DNA of 64,000 nt from a virus, in IMG/VR virus record IMGVR_UViG_3300045988_125846, positions 64,001 to 128,000 of that record; one strand, given 5' to 3'. The position numbers were made by a program, and so were the translations under genes. The notes beneath the pieces were generated by a model that did not search any database, had not been told where the DNA came from, and saw nothing but the letters and a program-made list of their open reading frames with translations. Positions 51,637 to 61,319 of the stretch are shown one piece after another. The number at the start of each line of letters is the position of its first letter. The stretch's first letter is position 1.

Positions 51637-51653
51637 ACTACTCTTCTTTTTTA
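51618..51653 (+). terminator. intrinsic terminator overlapping the end of the endonuclease gene
   Basis: AGAAGAGT-14 nt-ACTCTTCT followed by TTTTTATT. Confidence 0.6.
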
Positions 51654-51680
51654 TTGGAATAAAAGGAAGGAAGTGACAGA

Positions 51681-52739
51681 ATGGCTAAATTAATACAGCC
51701 TTTATCAGAACAAGAATTAAAGCAGGCTACATTAGTCAGTCTGCGCAAAGATTATGGTAAGCTATCCAATTTCTATCAAAGAATCATAAATGGGGAACTT
51801 ACACTTTGTCCTAAATGCGGTCAATGGAAATCCACAAAGATAAATTTTTATCAGTCAAATACGAGTCCTGATGGCGTAGAACATTATGGATGTCGTGAAT
51901 GTATCCTTAATGATTGTACAGATTATGACAAAGCCACAGATACAAGAATTGATAACAGAGAAAAAACGATTGAAACTTTTAAGCGTCTCAATTGGTATTT
52001 TGATGAAAATGTATATAATGACCAATTGAAAATATTAGCAGATGGTGTAGGTGAAAAGGTTCGTGGTACTGCCGCACAACAGTGGATTACTATTAGGGCT
52101 AGTCTTAATGACTATAAGTTTAAGACTTTTGCTGATTCCGTATTCTCAGATGAAGATGAAGAAACTTTGCAACTTACTTCCAAAAGATCACCTAGAAAAG
52201 AAATTATTAAAATATTCGGCTCAGGTTTTACATCGGAGGATTACTTGTATTTGCAAGATCAGTATGATGATTGGCGTAGTCGCACACAAGTTGATAGTAA
52301 ATCACAGGAAACCTACATCATACAGATATGTTTTAAGCAGTTAGAAATTTGGAAGGCGCAGAAAGTAGGAAAAGATACTGACAAATTAGTAAAATCATTA
52401 AATGACCTTATGAATGGTGCAAATTTACAGCCACGTCAGAATGTTGGAAACGCTGCTACTGACAGTCTTACTTTTGGACAGCTCATCGAAAAATGGGAGT
52501 TGGAGTCACCTATACCAGAAGCCCAAGGTGAATTTGCTGATCCAGATCATATTGGAAAATTTTTACGAGTATGGTTCAAGGGAAGCTTAATGCGAGCCTT
52601 GGGGTTGGATGGTGGTTATTCAAAAGAGTACGATGATTATGTCCAGAAATATACAGTTGAAAAACCTCAAAATATTGATGATGACGATTCTGTTGATGAA
52701 ACCATGTATGAAAAAGTATTTGGAAAAAACGAGGTCTAA
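51681..52739 (+). CDS. putative terminase small subunit / DNA-recognition protein (assigned by position)
   Basis: 352 aa, abuts the large terminase (stop and ATG adjacent). Zinc ribbon CPKCGQ..CRECI. Assignment is positional only. Confidence 0.35.
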   Translation: MAKLIQPLSEQELKQATLVSLRKDYGKLSNFYQRIINGELTLCPKCGQWKSTKINFYQSNTSPDGVEHYGCRECILNDCTDYDKATDTRIDNREKTIETFKRLNWYFDENVYNDQLKILADGVGEKVRGTAAQQWITIRASLNDYKFKTFADSVFSDEDEETLQLTSKRSPRKEIIKIFGSGFTSEDYLYLQDQYDDWRSRTQVDSKSQETYIIQICFKQLEIWKAQKVGKDTDKLVKSLNDLMNGANLQPRQNVGNAATDSLTFGQLIEKWELESPIPEAQGEFADPDHIGKFLRVWFKGSLMRALGLDGGYSKEYDDYVQKYTVEKPQNIDDDDSVDETMYEKVFGKNEV

Positions 52740-54512
52740 ATGCTTATGGGTAAAAAATTAACAGATAAACAGATTAAAGAAGATCGTACTAGTAAGATTA
52801 TGAATACTGTTGCTCAAAGAGCATCCTATTACCGAGCCAACCCGCATAGATTTTGCAGTGATTATTTGTTCCCAGATACTCCAAATTTTTTAAAGACATT
52901 CCAAAAGATTTTAATTTGGGCGATGGTACATTCAGACTCATTTTGTTTTATTGCTTGTAGAGGTATTGGAAAAACTTTCTTAGTTGCCTTGTTTTCGGTA
53001 ATAAAATGTATTTTATATCCAGGTACAAAGATAGTTGTAAGTTCTGCAACTTTCAAACAAAGTAAAGAATTGGTAGGTAAGATAACTGATGATTTTATGC
53101 ATAGATCAGCTATGTTAAGGTCTGAAATAGAACGAACTAGTACAGGACAAAACGATTGTGGTGTATGGTTCAAAAATGGCTCATTTCTAGTTTGTAGAGT
53201 TGCAAATGAAAATGCCAGAGGCGCAAGGTGTAACGTACTTATAATTGATGAAAGTCGGCTTGTTCCAAAGAATATTATTGATGATATTTTTGTGCCTATG
53301 TTAAATGCCCCAAGGTCGCCTGGATATTTAAGTAAACCTGAATATTCTCATCTCGCAGAAGTTGGACAAAAATTGTTTTTAAGTTCGGCTTGGTATAAGC
53401 AAAGTGAATTATACTCTATGCTTAAAGGATATACAATAAACATGTTAAAAGATAATTCTAAATTCTTTGCATGCGACCTTCCTTATCAGTTATCTATCGC
53501 ATCTAACATTATGATGCGTGAAACTATCGAAAATGTTATGGCAGATCCAGATTTTAATGATATTTCATTTATGATGGAATACGAAGGAAAATTTTATGGT
53601 TCTGGTGAAGATAGTTTATTTAAGCTTGATGTTCTTGAAAATAGAAGAAATTTAAAAACAAGTTTTAGGAGTTTAGAATATTATCGAAACACGAATACTA
53701 AACCACCTATGAAACAGGCAGGTGAAAAAAGGATTTTATCTGTGGATATTGCTTTGTTAGCTTCACGAAAACATAACAACGATGCTTCTTGTTTTATAAT
53801 CAATCAGCTTCTTCCAAATGGAGAAATGGATTATATAAGTAATATTGTTTATATAGATACTGCTGAAGGTCTTGTTACAGATGAACTTGGAATTATGATT
53901 ATGAGATATTTTTATCAGTATGATTGTGATTATTTGTCTTTAGATGCAAATGGTGTTGGGCAGTCGTGTTTGGATTTCTGTTTTGCAGATAGATATGATG
54001 CCATATATGGATGTACATACCCTGCTATTCAAACAGTTAATTCAGAAGATTTAAATGAACGATGTAAAATTAAGAATGCACCAAAAGTCATTTATGCTAT
54101 TAAAGCAAATGCTAAATCAAATAATGATATGGCACTCGCATTAAGAGCAGGTTTTCAAAATGGAAACATCAATCTTCTTATTAGCGAAAACAATATTGAA
54201 GATGAATTATCTAATGTTATTAAAGGGTATAATAAATTATCCATTCCGCAACAAGTCAGAGAAAAAATCCCATATTTGCAAACAACATTTTTAATAGAGG
54301 AACTTATCAATCTTGAACATGATATTGTAAATGGCTTAGTAAAAGTCAAAGAAAAATCAGGTATGAGAAAAGATAGATATAGTTCTCTTGAATATAATTA
54401 TTTTGTTGCACAAGAATTGGCGAGAAAACTAAAGCCTAAGAAAAACAATTTTGACATCACCAAAATGGTCGGTGTCTCAAAACGCCCTAAAAAATGGGGA
54501 TTCTATAACTAA
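52740..54512 (+). CDS. terL: terminase large subunit
   Basis: 590 aa. Walker A-like ACRGIGKTF and Walker B VLIIDES. C-terminal RNase H-like nuclease region (SVDIAL..D). Followed by the portal gene. Confidence 0.85.
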   Translation: MLMGKKLTDKQIKEDRTSKIMNTVAQRASYYRANPHRFCSDYLFPDTPNFLKTFQKILIWAMVHSDSFCFIACRGIGKTFLVALFSVIKCILYPGTKIVVSSATFKQSKELVGKITDDFMHRSAMLRSEIERTSTGQNDCGVWFKNGSFLVCRVANENARGARCNVLIIDESRLVPKNIIDDIFVPMLNAPRSPGYLSKPEYSHLAEVGQKLFLSSAWYKQSELYSMLKGYTINMLKDNSKFFACDLPYQLSIASNIMMRETIENVMADPDFNDISFMMEYEGKFYGSGEDSLFKLDVLENRRNLKTSFRSLEYYRNTNTKPPMKQAGEKRILSVDIALLASRKHNNDASCFIINQLLPNGEMDYISNIVYIDTAEGLVTDELGIMIMRYFYQYDCDYLSLDANGVGQSCLDFCFADRYDAIYGCTYPAIQTVNSEDLNERCKIKNAPKVIYAIKANAKSNNDMALALRAGFQNGNINLLISENNIEDELSNVIKGYNKLSIPQQVREKIPYLQTTFLIEELINLEHDIVNGLVKVKEKSGMRKDRYSSLEYNYFVAQELARKLKPKKNNFDITKMVGVSKRPKKWGFYN

Positions 54513-54537
54513 GGAAAGGAGGAAATCAGAAATATAA

Positions 54538-56130
54538 ATGACAACACAGAAAACAAATAATTCTGCAAAGAAATCAGTACAGACAGAACCATCGCCAACT
54601 CGTAAAAATGAGCTGACTACTTCTACTCAGAAGTATGCACAGATGATTAACTTTCAGGAATTACAACGTATCTTACAGCAGAATATATCCAAAGGTACAT
54701 CGAAGACATATACTCAATACACAAAAGAAAAATTACAATCATACATAAAAAGTCCTCTTGCCAATATTGACAATCTTCGTGATATATCTGCTTTCTTATA
54801 TCGTATCAGTCATAACTATAAAAAGATTATAGAATATTATGCTTACACTCCTATCTTTAGTTATAACGTATCTTACAATACTCCCGATTGGGCAAATCCC
54901 CCACAGGATGCATCTGAATATATTAAAGGATATCAAGAACTCTGTACTCGATTAGAAAATATGGATTTGAAAGAAATGGGTTCGCAAATGATTGCCACTT
55001 GTCTAAGAGATGGTATTTATTGTGGATTTTGTTATGATGATGGAGATTCGTTCTTTATACATCCACTTGATCCAAAATATTATAAAATCGGTTCTCGTGC
55101 AGAAAAAGATACATGGATTGTAAAATTCGATGCCTCTTATTTTGATTCTGGTAACAACAAGGATTTCTTATATGGTACTGGTAGTGAAACAGATTCAGAG
55201 GAAGGATTATGGGATGATGTTTTTGTAGAAGGCTACGAAACATATAAATCAAAAGGTAATGATTATAAATGGTTTGAATTACCACCAGAAAAAACTATAT
55301 GTATTATATGTGGTGATGATCCAGTTGTACCACTGCCCTACTTCCTACCTGTATTCGTATCTCTCTTAGATTTGCTTGATTACGAAGCTCTTATTCGTTC
55401 TAAAACAGAACTTGAAAATTATGTTCTTCTCTTATCAAAAATCCCTATGAATGAAAATTCAGGCGAAGTAAATGACTTTGCTGTAGACCTTGAAATTGTA
55501 CAAGCTACTCAAGCTGCAATTGATGAAGTATTACCAAGTCTTGTTGGTTCAGCATGGACTCCATGTGAAGTTGAAAAAATTGAGTTTGGTAATAAAAATC
55601 AGGTTGATGATACCAATGTATATTCACAGGCAATTAAGAACTTGTTCTCTTCTCTCGGTATATCTGAAATGATATTCAATGGTCAAAAATCAGGTTCTGT
55701 TGGTCTTAAACATTCTATCACAGTTGATATGACTCTTCCTATGGAGTTATTAAAAAGAATCGAAGCGAATATTCAAAGATATGTCAAATTAAATATCACA
55801 GAGGATTTTGAATTTTATTTCCATTATGTATCTGTATTTGACCTTGATGAAAAGATGTCTCAAAGAAAAGATAAAGCTACGTTGGGTATAGATACAATGG
55901 ATTATGCAACGTTGGATGGTTCTTCACCTTCAAGAGTTGTTAATAACGCTTTTATGATGAGGTCATTAGGATTAATGAATTACTTTACTCCTCTCTCATC
56001 TTCGTATACGCAAAGTGGCATGGGTGATAATGAAGGTGGTGGTCAGACTAAGAATGAAGATGACCTTTCAGATGAGGGACTTGCTACCAGAGAGGGTGAA
56101 AAAGATGTTGGCACACAAGCTGGTAATTAA
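54538..56130 (+). CDS. portal protein
   Basis: 530 aa, directly downstream of terL. The size and acidic C-terminus are typical. Positional call. Confidence 0.7.
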   Translation: MTTQKTNNSAKKSVQTEPSPTRKNELTTSTQKYAQMINFQELQRILQQNISKGTSKTYTQYTKEKLQSYIKSPLANIDNLRDISAFLYRISHNYKKIIEYYAYTPIFSYNVSYNTPDWANPPQDASEYIKGYQELCTRLENMDLKEMGSQMIATCLRDGIYCGFCYDDGDSFFIHPLDPKYYKIGSRAEKDTWIVKFDASYFDSGNNKDFLYGTGSETDSEEGLWDDVFVEGYETYKSKGNDYKWFELPPEKTICIICGDDPVVPLPYFLPVFVSLLDLLDYEALIRSKTELENYVLLLSKIPMNENSGEVNDFAVDLEIVQATQAAIDEVLPSLVGSAWTPCEVEKIEFGNKNQVDDTNVYSQAIKNLFSSLGISEMIFNGQKSGSVGLKHSITVDMTLPMELLKRIEANIQRYVKLNITEDFEFYFHYVSVFDLDEKMSQRKDKATLGIDTMDYATLDGSSPSRVVNNAFMMRSLGLMNYFTPLSSSYTQSGMGDNEGGGQTKNEDDLSDEGLATREGEKDVGTQAGN

Positions 56131-56142
56131 GGAGAAAAAAGG

Positions 56143-56322
56143 ATGAAACAGAATTTTATAAAGACATCAGATTCTGAAACAGCTTCTAAGATGACAAATC
56201 TTGGCTTTCAGAAAATTGATGAACAAAATGGTATTTATACTTTTCTGAATACTGATAAATTGATGTTTTCAGATGATATAGATAAATCAAAGATTCAGTA
56301 TAGTAATATGCTGAACATTTAG
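56143..56322 (+). CDS. hypothetical small protein
   Basis: 59 aa ORF below the track cutoff (MKQNFIKTSDSETASKMTNLGFQKIDEQNG..). AAGGAGAA RBS. Confidence 0.45.
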   Translation: MKQNFIKTSDSETASKMTNLGFQKIDEQNGIYTFLNTDKLMFSDDIDKSKIQYSNMLNI

Positions 56323-56353
56323 CCACTCTCCTATTTCGAGTGGTTTTATTTTT
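56323..56353 (+). terminator. intrinsic terminator
   Basis: CCACTC-ctatttc-GAGTGG followed by TTTTATTTTT. Confidence 0.6.
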
Positions 56354-56381
56354 GCCTAAATTTTGAAGAAAGGAGAAGAAA

Positions 56382-58088
56382 ATGGCTAAGAAAAGACTTC
56401 GTTATATAGAAGATTTGTATGATTTCTATTCAAATAAATACAAACGTTCTACGAAATTCAGTGCCGAAAAAACTGGTGAACCATTGGTTGTTCAAGTACA
56501 TGGGCGTATAAATTTTGATGAGTCAAACAAGAACAAAGATGGGCTTCTTCCAGTTCATTTACAGTCATGCCATACAGATTTAAATGTAAACGGCTCTAAT
56601 ATTGAATCTTCTGTCATGGAAGCTGCTCTTCCATCTTTTAGCAATCGTCCTATTCTTGGATACATTCACAAGGTAACAACCGATGAAAATCCAGAAGGTC
56701 AGTGGGAATTTTATTCTCATAATATGCATGAAGACGAGAATGGTGATGTGGTTTATGATGAATATCCTATTGGAATCATACCTGAAAGTTGTAATGCACA
56801 GTTAGTTTATGATGAAGAAAAAAAGAAAACTTATTGTGAAGTCGATGGATATATTTTTGAGGAATATTCTAAAGCTGCTGAAATTTTACAGCGTGAAGAA
56901 GAATGCTCTGTATCAGTCGAATTGTCAATCCGAGAACTCAGTTATGACGCAAAGCAGAAGTTTTTAAATATTGAAGATTTTTGGTTTTCTGGTGTGACAA
57001 TTCTAGGAAAAACACCTCAAGGCAATGAAGTAAAGCCTGGAATGACTGGTTCAAATATTAAGTTGGCAGATTTCAGTTCTAAGAATAACAGTTTATTTGA
57101 AGATTATGAGTCAAAAATGGTTGAACTACAAGCACGAATTGAAAATTTAGAGACTGCTTGTTTCAATAAAGAACAGAATTCTTCTGTTCGCACATTATCA
57201 AAGGAAGGAGGAAATAAAGAAAGTATGACAAAATTTGAAAAGTTACTTGCTAAATACAATAAAACAGTTGAAGATGTAACCTTTGATTATTCAGAATTAT
57301 CAGACGAAGAATTAGAGGCTAAATTTGCAGAAGTGTTTGGTGAAGACAATAATACAGATGGTGACAATTCTGGTGACAATACAGTGAATGAACCTTCTAA
57401 TGATAATGAAGGTGATGAAGAAAACACTACTGAGCCAGAAGGAACTACTGATGGAGATAATGAGGGCGAAGGTCAGAATTTTGAGAATATGACAAAGACA
57501 TTTGAAATTTCTCATGATGACATTCGTTATGCTTTATATAATCTCTTGTCTTCTTATGAAGACGCAGATAATGAGTGGTATTACATTACTGGTGTATATG
57601 ATTCTTACTTTGTTTATGAAAGTTGGGATGGCGGTAAAATCTATGGTCAGAAATATACAAAAGATAATGACAATGTATCATTTGATGGCGAACGCTATAA
57701 TCTGCACAAAGAATATCTTACCGATTCAGAATATACAGAAATTCAGGATATGCGTTCCAACTACTCTTCTGTTGTAGAGGAATTAAACACATATAAATCT
57801 GCTGAAGTATTTGCAGACAAGATGACTGTATTTGATGACGAAGCATATTCAGAATATCTTGATACAGATGAGTTCAAAGCACTTATGTCTGAGGATTCTG
57901 TAAACAAATATTCTAAGGAAGAGTTATCTGAGAAGGCTGATGCTACTCTTGGAAAACTTGTTAAAAAGAATAAGACATTCTCTTTTGCAGGTGAAACACC
58001 ACAAAAGAAACATGTGAGCAGAGTTGCATTTAATGCAGAAAAAGAAACGGAAGATACATATAAACCATATGGCGATCTGTTTGATTAA
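56382..58088 (+). CDS. putative prohead protease fused to a scaffold-like acidic region
   Basis: 568 aa. The N-terminal third (NRPILGYIH..PIGII..VDGYIF..CSVSVELSI) resembles HK97-type prohead proteases. The middle has coiled-coil and a D/N/E/G-rich tract. Confidence 0.45.
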   Translation: MAKKRLRYIEDLYDFYSNKYKRSTKFSAEKTGEPLVVQVHGRINFDESNKNKDGLLPVHLQSCHTDLNVNGSNIESSVMEAALPSFSNRPILGYIHKVTTDENPEGQWEFYSHNMHEDENGDVVYDEYPIGIIPESCNAQLVYDEEKKKTYCEVDGYIFEEYSKAAEILQREEECSVSVELSIRELSYDAKQKFLNIEDFWFSGVTILGKTPQGNEVKPGMTGSNIKLADFSSKNNSLFEDYESKMVELQARIENLETACFNKEQNSSVRTLSKEGGNKESMTKFEKLLAKYNKTVEDVTFDYSELSDEELEAKFAEVFGEDNNTDGDNSGDNTVNEPSNDNEGDEENTTEPEGTTDGDNEGEGQNFENMTKTFEISHDDIRYALYNLLSSYEDADNEWYYITGVYDSYFVYESWDGGKIYGQKYTKDNDNVSFDGERYNLHKEYLTDSEYTEIQDMRSNYSSVVEELNTYKSAEVFADKMTVFDDEAYSEYLDTDEFKALMSEDSVNKYSKEELSEKADATLGKLVKKNKTFSFAGETPQKKHVSRVAFNAEKETEDTYKPYGDLFD

Positions 58089-58117
58089 ATCAAAAACTAA
58101 ATAACTTTATGAATTAG

Positions 58118-58147
58118 CACTTATGGAAAATCCATAGGTGTTTTTTA
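58118..58147 (+). terminator. intrinsic terminator
   Basis: CACTTATGG-aaaat-CCATAGGTG followed by TTTTTTATT. Confidence 0.65.
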
Positions 58148-58186
58148 TTGCACAAAAATTAGAAATTTTAAGGAGGAAATAAAACT

Positions 58187-58708
58187 ATGGCTAGTAATTT
58201 CATTTCATATACTAAGCACGGTGTTGCTGAGTCAACTTTACTTAAGGCTACAAAAGTTGGTCATCACTACAACTTAGTAAATGAGTCTAAGGATATTGAC
58301 AATGGTTCTGTTGCTGTAATTGGTGACAGAAAGAAAGCAGATGTGTTTGAAGCAAAAGTTCCTGCAAAGGGAGACAAAATTGTTCTCATTTTAACTGCTC
58401 CAAAGATTTATGAGGAATATACAACAAAGATGCAGGAGGAATCTAACTTCTACAACGGTAAGGGTGAAGTTATGAGAGCTTACGAGATTCAGGACACTGA
58501 TAGATTCACACTTTCTACAGAAGCTTTCAATTCTGATGCAGAATTAGCTGTTGGAAAATATGTATTTGTAGATGGTACAGACTTCAAGCTTACAACTGGT
58601 GAGAAACCAAGTATGACTGAGTATGGTTTTGTGGGACATATCTACGAAGTTGCTGCAAATGGAAATTATCGTATTTGGGTAGATAAGAATGCCCAGGTAT
58701 ATGCGTAA
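58187..58708 (+). CDS. hypothetical head protein (decoration or accessory, by position)
   Basis: 173 aa, AAGGAGGA RBS, immediately upstream of the capsid gene. Confidence 0.4.
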   Translation: MASNFISYTKHGVAESTLLKATKVGHHYNLVNESKDIDNGSVAVIGDRKKADVFEAKVPAKGDKIVLILTAPKIYEEYTTKMQEESNFYNGKGEVMRAYEIQDTDRFTLSTEAFNSDAELAVGKYVFVDGTDFKLTTGEKPSMTEYGFVGHIYEVAANGNYRIWVDKNAQVYA

Positions 58709-58735
58709 TTCGGTAGAAAGGAGGATTAATATACT

Positions 58736-59836
58736 ATGCAGAGATTAAGATTTAATGAAATGAGCGATGTAATCGTTGAAAAGTTTGATGAGACAAAATA
58801 TAAGAACTTCTCTCGTCTGTGTGTTGACACAGCAAAAGGTACTGTAAAGCAGTATTCTATCGAAGAAGCAAATGATAAGATTCGTAAGACAATTATCGAG
58901 ATGGCAGGTCTTTCTGAGACTCCGACTCCTAATGAGGTAAGAAAGGCATTTAAGAAACAGTCTGTAAGAGAAGCCGTATTCGAGGTTATCGAGGAGACTG
59001 TTGAAGATACTCTTGTATCTGGTTGGACAAGCTCACCTGTATTCCAGAAGTATGTAGAGGTTAAGACTCTTGCTCTTGGACAGACAAATAAGTTCTATAC
59101 AAAAGATCCTTGCATTATCACTGTTGCTGAGATTGCTGATGGTCATCACAGCATTGAGAGACAGAGACTTGGTGCTGGTAAGGAATTCGGTGTAACTGTT
59201 AAGTCTTATGGCGCAAAGGTTTACATGGAAATGTCAAGATTCCTTCAGGGCGTTGAGGATTGGAGCGAGTTAATCAATAAGATTGCAGAAGCTTTCACAA
59301 GATTAATCAATACTCTTCTTCATGAAGCTGTTATGAGTGCTGGTACTTCTCTTCCTGTTCCTACTAAGTGGAATATCCGTGGTGAGTTAAATGCAGCTAA
59401 CCATGATAAGTTTGTAAAGCTTATTTCTGATGTTCAGCTTGCTACAGGTGGTGTTGCTACTATCGTTGGTACAAAGGTTGCTCTTGCAGGATTAAAGAAC
59501 CTTGGAGATATTCAGTGGGTTTCTGAAGCTGCAAAGAACGATGTTTATAACACTGGTAGAATTGGTACATTTGAGGGTACTCAGATTATCGAGCTTCCAC
59601 AGGCATTTAAGGAGAATGACGTAGAACATTATCTTGAAGATGATACAAAGCTTCTTATTCTTCCATCTAACATTGACAAGTTTGTTAAGATGTACTATGA
59701 GGGAATGGATGAGACTAAGGAAGTATCTGAGTCTGGTGATAATGCCGATGATACAAAAGAGTACGAGTTCAAGTCTCGTTTTGGTATCAAGACTATGACT
59801 AACACAAGATTTGGTACTTGGACAATCGGTGCGTAA
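58736..59836 (+). CDS. major capsid protein (positional call)
   Basis: 366 aa, AAAGGAGGA RBS, followed by a strong terminator. The order portal / protease-scaffold / small head protein / ~360 aa protein mirrors lambda-like head modules. Confidence 0.6.
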   Translation: MQRLRFNEMSDVIVEKFDETKYKNFSRLCVDTAKGTVKQYSIEEANDKIRKTIIEMAGLSETPTPNEVRKAFKKQSVREAVFEVIEETVEDTLVSGWTSSPVFQKYVEVKTLALGQTNKFYTKDPCIITVAEIADGHHSIERQRLGAGKEFGVTVKSYGAKVYMEMSRFLQGVEDWSELINKIAEAFTRLINTLLHEAVMSAGTSLPVPTKWNIRGELNAANHDKFVKLISDVQLATGGVATIVGTKVALAGLKNLGDIQWVSEAAKNDVYNTGRIGTFEGTQIIELPQAFKENDVEHYLEDDTKLLILPSNIDKFVKMYYEGMDETKEVSESGDNADDTKEYEFKSRFGIKTMTNTRFGTWTIGA

Positions 59837-59850
59837 TCCATAGAAATATT

Positions 59851-59886
59851 GGGACTGTATATCTAAATGATATGCAGTCCTTTTTG
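59851..59886 (+). terminator. intrinsic terminator after the capsid gene
   Basis: GGGACTG-17 nt-CAGTCC followed by TTTTTG. Confidence 0.6.
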
Positions 59887-59909
59887 ATTGAGTGAAAGGA
59901 GAAATATAA

Positions 59910-60479
59910 ATGCCATATCAGAAAAAAGCTACAACTACTTCTGCTACAAAAACAAAGGCAGAAGATACAAAGGTTGAAAAAGATACGATAAAGGAAACAG
60001 TTGCAGAGGTTAAGAAACCTAAGAAGTATGAACCAGATGATTTAATTCCATGTCGCTCTATGTACGCAGGTACTCTTCTATTTACTGGTGATAAGACAAA
60101 GATTACATATGAGTTTAGTAACATGGGTGATTTCAGATATATTGAGTATCAGGACTTACTCTCAGCTTTACTTGTTCGTAAGAAGTCTTTATTTGCACCT
60201 TATATCATTATTGAGGACGAAGAGTTACTTGAAAATGTACATTGGCAGGAAGTTAAAAAAGTATATGATGGTTTATATGATAGAGAGGATTTAATAAATC
60301 TTATCAATCTTCCGACTATGCGTTTTAGTGAAGAGTTTAGAAAACTTCCATCTGGTTTCAAAAATACAATCGCAACAATGGTTTCTGAAATGATTTCAGA
60401 AGGAACTTTTGACAGTATGAATAAAATCAAGATTATTGATGAGGAATGTGGTACTGATTTAAAGTTACTTGCTGAGTAA
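59910..60479 (+). CDS. hypothetical structural-module protein
   Basis: 189 aa, K/T-rich N-terminus, AAAGGAGAA RBS. Confidence 0.55.
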   Translation: MPYQKKATTTSATKTKAEDTKVEKDTIKETVAEVKKPKKYEPDDLIPCRSMYAGTLLFTGDKTKITYEFSNMGDFRYIEYQDLLSALLVRKKSLFAPYIIIEDEELLENVHWQEVKKVYDGLYDREDLINLINLPTMRFSEEFRKLPSGFKNTIATMVSEMISEGTFDSMNKIKIIDEECGTDLKLLAE

Positions 60480-60496
60480 TATATTGGAGGTGTTAT

Positions 60497-60952
60497 ATGA
60501 ATATCTCCTACGAAAAAGTATTTGACAGATACTTTGGTTTAATTGATGATGTCAAAGAATTGTCTTTAAAAGAGTCTGATTTGCATGAAATATTAGCAGA
60601 ACGTTTACATTCTACTATCTCTAGTCCATTTATTCGTAGATTATTTTCCACATTAAAACTTGATGATGAAATGGAACAGTTTGAATTTGAATTAACAACT
60701 TCTGTTGATGAGTATTCTGACGAAGAATTTGTTATTGAACTATTTAGCAAAGGTATGGCTATAAAATGGCTTGAGCCAAAAGTTAAATCATTGGAAAATA
60801 CTGTGAAGTTTTTCGGTGGAAAAGAAGAGAAAAAATTGAAAGACGATTTTTCACTAAATAAGGCATTGCTGAAAGAAATGAAAATTGAACAGCAGAAACT
60901 TATTCGTGATTATGGTTTTGCTTTTAAACCATATTCGTCAACGGAGTCTTAA
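60497..60952 (+). CDS. hypothetical head-completion/connector candidate
   Basis: 151 aa, GGAGGTG RBS. Positional only. Confidence 0.5.
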   Translation: MNISYEKVFDRYFGLIDDVKELSLKESDLHEILAERLHSTISSPFIRRLFSTLKLDDEMEQFEFELTTSVDEYSDEEFVIELFSKGMAIKWLEPKVKSLENTVKFFGGKEEKKLKDDFSLNKALLKEMKIEQQKLIRDYGFAFKPYSSTES

Positions 60953-60953
60953 T

Positions 60954-61319
60954 ATGCAATACATATATGGAGACTTCACAGATAAGCAAATCAATGAAGC
61001 AGTTCGTGCAATGCATGGTGATATTCACAAACTACTGCTCTATAAAGACAAGACAATTGAAGAGAAAATATTTGAAGATGATGAAGCATTTCTCGTCTTC
61101 TTTAAAAACGTTATGTTTAAATTAGGTGGCACAAAAACCTTATTTAATGATAACGGACTTATGGTTACTCTTATTGCAACCTTACAAGGTGCTATGGATA
61201 ATTTCAAGAGCGACCATTTTAGTTACAAAAAATTCCGTAGGGCAATCTTAGATTCTCACGGATATATTAAGCAGATGTTTGAAGGAGGTGTAAGCGATGC
61301 CGAGTCTACAAACAGCTAG
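60954..61319 (+). CDS. hypothetical structural-module protein
   Basis: Start moved to MQYIYGDF (the ATG directly follows the previous stop). Confidence 0.5.
   Translation: MQYIYGDFTDKQINEAVRAMHGDIHKLLLYKDKTIEEKIFEDDEAFLVFFKNVMFKLGGTKTLFNDNGLMVTLIATLQGAMDNFKSDHFSYKKFRRAILDSHGYIKQMFEGGVSDAESTNS

Noticed and set aside
58089-59909. A T[TG]ATTG string just after several late-gene terminators as a possible phage-polymerase promoter
   Set aside because: It is only 5-6 nt long, overlaps the terminator U-tracts and is expected by chance in AT-rich DNA. Support is insufficient.
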